Sequence record: NC_041972.1
DNA: 64,000 bases
Reading direction: 5' to 3' (one strand)
The notes under the pieces are model-generated. The model searched no databases. It saw only the letters and a program-made list of their open reading frames with translations, and was not told the DNA's origin. The translations under genes and the position numbers were made by a program. Positions 60,781 to 64,000 of this stretch are shown piece after piece; the first letter of the stretch is position 1, and every line of letters begins with the position of its first letter.

Positions 60781-63048
60781 ATGGCATTGAAACTTCTGCA
60801 TGTAGCTAAAACCGCCGACATGCTGTCACGCATCCAATCTCAGATCAATGGCGGCCATGCATCAGGCGACGCTACCGCGGTTAAAAGCTACGGTATGGAG
60901 TCGCTTGACGGCACCAGTCTGGGCGCGCAGGAAACCGCCATCAAAAATGGTATCTCTGTCATTACCGACGTGATCGCTCAGGGCACTGCATCTCAGGGCC
61001 AGAGCTACGCCGGTAACGGTCTGGAAGGTTTCTCTGATGCACAGATCCAAGCGGCATCAATCGCACTGACTATCGGTGGTGACTTCCAGGGTTACATCGG
61101 TGCACTGAAAAACAACTCTAACCGTGCCATGTCTGCATCTGACCTGAGCCTGGTTTCCGGTAGCCGTTACGGCTCTGCTAACATGAAGCAGGGTTACGGT
61201 ACCGAAGCTTTCGAACAGGCGCAGAGCTTTGTTCCTCAGCAGAACGCAACGGTTGAATACAACCTGAAAGCGGCTAAGCAGGATGCCGTTGGTGAAGCCT
61301 TCTTCCCAACTACTACCCTGACGCCAAACGACATCGGCCTGAGCGTAACTGTGCCGGTTGACATCGTTGAACCTTTCATCAAGCACAAAGCAAATGGCGA
61401 AGTGACGGATTGGCAGCGTAAGAAGCTCATCAACGCAATGCGTGACCCGACCATTCTGCGTAACGACGCGATCAAGCTGATTCCTTATCGTCCACTGGAC
61501 GGCAGCAACGACGCACAGTTCGCAGTAGGCGTGCCGAAGTTCAACGAAATTCAGGGCGGCGAAGAAGTACCAACTGGTGCACTGAAGCCTGGTATCAAAA
61601 TCGGTTTCATGGGTCTGTGCTCTACTCCGTCTCTGGTTCAGGCCGGCGCGCTGGAAGCATCTGATCAGATCGACACCGGTGCTCGTCTGCAGTACATCTG
61701 GATCGAAGTAGCTAACGCCTCTGGTACCAAAGAGCTGTTCAAGCTGCGTACTGATCACCTGGATCGTTCTACTTTCCAGAAATCTCAGGAAGGCGATAAG
61801 TTCGAGACGTCTCTGGACTTCTCTAACATCACCATCGCGCTGAATGACCTGAACAAAACCACCGACAACACCGATTCAGCTCTGCTGGCTCCGTTGGTGA
61901 CTTCTGGTCAGCAAGCGATCCTGGCGCTGGATATCAAAGGCACCATGAACCACGAGAAAGGCAGCCTGGTAGTTAACTCGCTGACTAACCCGTCTATCAT
62001 CCGTGTTTACGATACCGTGGCTAAAGAAGATGCGAACACCAAGTCTGGTGCTCTGCGTGACGCAATCGACGCTCTGACGATCACCTTCAAAGGTTACTTC
62101 GTCCGCGCTAACCTGCGTAACAGCAACTTCCGTACCCGCGAGCAGCGTGTTGACCGCCAGACCTCCATGTACAAGTACATGGTACAGCTGGGCGCACCAA
62201 TCACTGCTATCGCTCCAGTAACTGACGCATGGGGCCCGAAAGAGTCTATCGCAGTTGAAACCCTGAGCAACGCAACGTATGCACGTAACTCCGCAATGGC
62301 TATCAGCCGTCTGCTGGACTACGTTGAAACCATCCGTGATGCAGGCGTGACCAACAACGGTCTGTGGCAGCGTTACGATGAGAACAGCATCGAAGGCGTT
62401 GGTAAAGCTGTAGTTGATCCATGGTACGGCGAAGGTAGCTTTGACATCTCTAAAGTTGTCAACGGTGTTAAATCTTCTCAGACCCGCGACGACGTTTCTG
62501 AAAAGATCCTGAACATCCTGCGTACCTACGCATACCGCATGAACGCCGAGTCTGGCTACAACGTTGCACTGCAGATGCTGTACAACGAAGTTCAGCCAAC
62601 GCTGGTTATCGCAACCGACAACATCATCGCGCAGTACCTGATGGAAGTTGGTGACCTCCGCACAGCTGGTATCAGCTTCAAAGTGCACGTGGCCACCACC
62701 AACAACATCGAGATGCGCGGCAAGATCATCATGACCCTGTCTCGTATGAAGTCAGGCGGTCTGGATCTGCTGACGTTCGGTATGCACCTGTGGGTGCCTG
62801 AGATCGTAGCAACTGTTAACGTAATGCGTAACGGTACCTACATCGAAGAAACCATGGTGCAGCCGCGTAACCTGCACGTAGTGGTTTGCCCAATCGTGGC
62901 GAACATCACCATCACCGGTCTGGAAGAAGCATACACCGGCAAGATCACTGTCCCTGTTGACATCGTGAGCGAGCCTGAGTCTGCTGGCGCCCAAGACCTG
63001 GGTGGTCTGAACACTACTCCGGCAACTACTACCAACCCTGCTGCGTAA
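60781..63048 (+). CDS. Major capsid protein precursor (phiKZ gp120-like)
   Basis: 755 aa with strong codon bias; propeptide with GME|S, GLE|G and GTE|A sites; AAQDAVGEAFFPT..T and GMHLWVPE motifs; follows DnaB and gp119-like genes. Confidence 0.9.
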   Translation: MALKLLHVAKTADMLSRIQSQINGGHASGDATAVKSYGMESLDGTSLGAQETAIKNGISVITDVIAQGTASQGQSYAGNGLEGFSDAQIQAASIALTIGGDFQGYIGALKNNSNRAMSASDLSLVSGSRYGSANMKQGYGTEAFEQAQSFVPQQNATVEYNLKAAKQDAVGEAFFPTTTLTPNDIGLSVTVPVDIVEPFIKHKANGEVTDWQRKKLINAMRDPTILRNDAIKLIPYRPLDGSNDAQFAVGVPKFNEIQGGEEVPTGALKPGIKIGFMGLCSTPSLVQAGALEASDQIDTGARLQYIWIEVANASGTKELFKLRTDHLDRSTFQKSQEGDKFETSLDFSNITIALNDLNKTTDNTDSALLAPLVTSGQQAILALDIKGTMNHEKGSLVVNSLTNPSIIRVYDTVAKEDANTKSGALRDAIDALTITFKGYFVRANLRNSNFRTREQRVDRQTSMYKYMVQLGAPITAIAPVTDAWGPKESIAVETLSNATYARNSAMAISRLLDYVETIRDAGVTNNGLWQRYDENSIEGVGKAVVDPWYGEGSFDISKVVNGVKSSQTRDDVSEKILNILRTYAYRMNAESGYNVALQMLYNEVQPTLVIATDNIIAQYLMEVGDLRTAGISFKVHVATTNNIEMRGKIIMTLSRMKSGGLDLLTFGMHLWVPEIVATVNVMRNGTYIEETMVQPRNLHVVVCPIVANITITGLEEAYTGKITVPVDIVSEPESAGAQDLGGLNTTPATTTNPAA

Positions 63049-63075
63049 GCACCAGGCGCGAGAGTAATCCGTAGC

Positions 63076-63115
63076 GCATAAACAGAGGAGGAGCATTGCT
63101 CCTCCTCTTATGCCG
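63076..63115 (+). terminator. Hairpin plus TTATGCCG after MCP
   Basis: gcataaac-agaggaggagc-att-gctcctcctct-tatgccg. Confidence 0.8.
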
Positions 63116-63153
63116 TGTGATTTTATAGAGGCACACACCAGGGGCGGATAGTA

Positions 63154-63867
63154 ATGCTTGAATTACTAATGATAGGAAGGAAGAAAGCAACAGGGGGCGG
63201 GATACCTGCGGATCTTGGACCAGGACCTGCCTCCATGCTTGGGTATTACGAGCGACCGGATGGCGGTAACTCAGGGTACTTCGGTACCTTTACTAATTTT
63301 GTTTCAACAGCTGGGTTATGTCAATCTATCGGGTTAACTGCAGGCTATCAACAAACTGAGAATGCCACTTGGCATAAGTTTCTGTTAGATGGTAAGATCC
63401 TCTTTATACCAACCAACTATATAGTGCGTAACCTCCATTGGAACTACATTTATAATGCCGGGGCAGTATATGGGGATGACAGTTTTGGTCTTTATCAAAG
63501 CCCAACGCCAACAGCACAGAGTGCCAAGCATGTGACGGTGGATGGTCGGGTTTATCGCGTGCGGTTAGTATCTATCTCAAATGGCGATCCGGCTCTGACA
63601 GGCCAAATCGATAAAACCACCGAATGGGGTCGGTTGATGTATCCGATTGATCCAACGGTAGATGCTAGTAATACTGAAGCGGGTAAGAAATGGGGTAACG
63701 TGGGACTGCTTTTGAGTTCAACGCAGATTCTGGCAAAGGAGACCTACGCCAGCACACCTGCTAGCAGCCTGGTTGTGGTTACGAATTCTACGACACGCTC
63801 CGCTCAATCTAAATCAACCGCACCCAGTAACTGTACCTGGCGTCCTATTCTTGAACTTGTGCAGTAA
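63154..63867 (+). CDS. MLELLM-start virion protein of the phiKZ-like tail paralog family
   Basis: GPGP..GYFG..GL..G..WHKFLLDGKILFIP..W..IYNAGAVYG..WRPILELV pattern. Confidence 0.7.
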   Translation: MLELLMIGRKKATGGGIPADLGPGPASMLGYYERPDGGNSGYFGTFTNFVSTAGLCQSIGLTAGYQQTENATWHKFLLDGKILFIPTNYIVRNLHWNYIYNAGAVYGDDSFGLYQSPTPTAQSAKHVTVDGRVYRVRLVSISNGDPALTGQIDKTTEWGRLMYPIDPTVDASNTEAGKKWGNVGLLLSSTQILAKETYASTPASSLVVVTNSTTRSAQSKSTAPSNCTWRPILELVQ

Positions 63868-63871
63868 GCTC

Positions 63872-63906
63872 TAAGAGGAGGGGTAATCCCCCCCCCTCTT
63901 ATGCCG
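63872..63906 (+). terminator. Hairpin plus TTATGCCG
   Basis: taagaggagggg-taat-C-run-tcttatgccg. Confidence 0.75.
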
Positions 63907-63921
63907 ATCTGAAAGAATTAC

Positions 63922-63933
63922 AGACCTACATTA
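63922..63933 (+). promoter_or_regulatory. Candidate early promoter core AGACCTACATTA (third copy)
   Basis: Matches 13813-13824 and 54041-54052; lies just after a terminator. Confidence 0.5.
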
Positions 63934-64000
63934 CTAACTAGATGTAACAGCGACGCTAGTGTTTAGTTGAAGCCTTACATCTATGTGGAGTTAGGCGCGT

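Noticed and set aside
61057-62688. Long antisense ORFs (233 and 270 aa) over the MCP
   Set aside because: Expected by-product of strong codon bias in a highly expressed gene; the same applies to 41088-41801.

Overview
This window is part of a phiKZ-like jumbo phage genome (Chimalliviridae type) with roughly 50% GC by eye and about 69 genes. It runs from the 3' end of an SF2 helicase through an accessory cluster (0.7-8.5 kb) and a minus-strand block with a probable tail/baseplate chaperone. It continues through a virion RNA polymerase beta' fragment, a second accessory island (13.9-18.9 kb) and one half of the split family-B DNA polymerase. A long head/baseplate module follows, with a tandem array of protease-processed inner-head proteins, a 1035-aa collagen-like fibre, tail/neck genes, thymidylate kinase, a DnaB-like helicase and the 755-aa major capsid protein. 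From memory only (not checked), the gene spacing helicase -> beta' (+20 genes) -> tmk (+61) -> DnaB (+65) -> MCP (+67) fits Erwinia phage RAY/Agricanvirus gp250-gp318; BLASTN is needed to confirm. The phiKZ gene-number equivalences are likewise inferred from synteny and recall. Most notable observations: (1) a perfect U-UUU-UUU slippery site that would fuse a 539-aa CxxC chaperone-like ORF to an overlapping ORF with no credible start by -1 frameshift (lambda G/GT-like); (2) an island bracketed by two apparently catalytically dead GIY-YIG paralogs, containing a DUF2829/Tad2-like sponge and four tandem paralogs of an unrecognised T-[AK]-W family; (3) a family of intergenic hairpins followed by TATGCC(G), mostly without a U-tract; (4) a recurrent AGACCTACATTA candidate early promoter. 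No tRNA, rRNA, CRISPR array, intron or intein was recognised.
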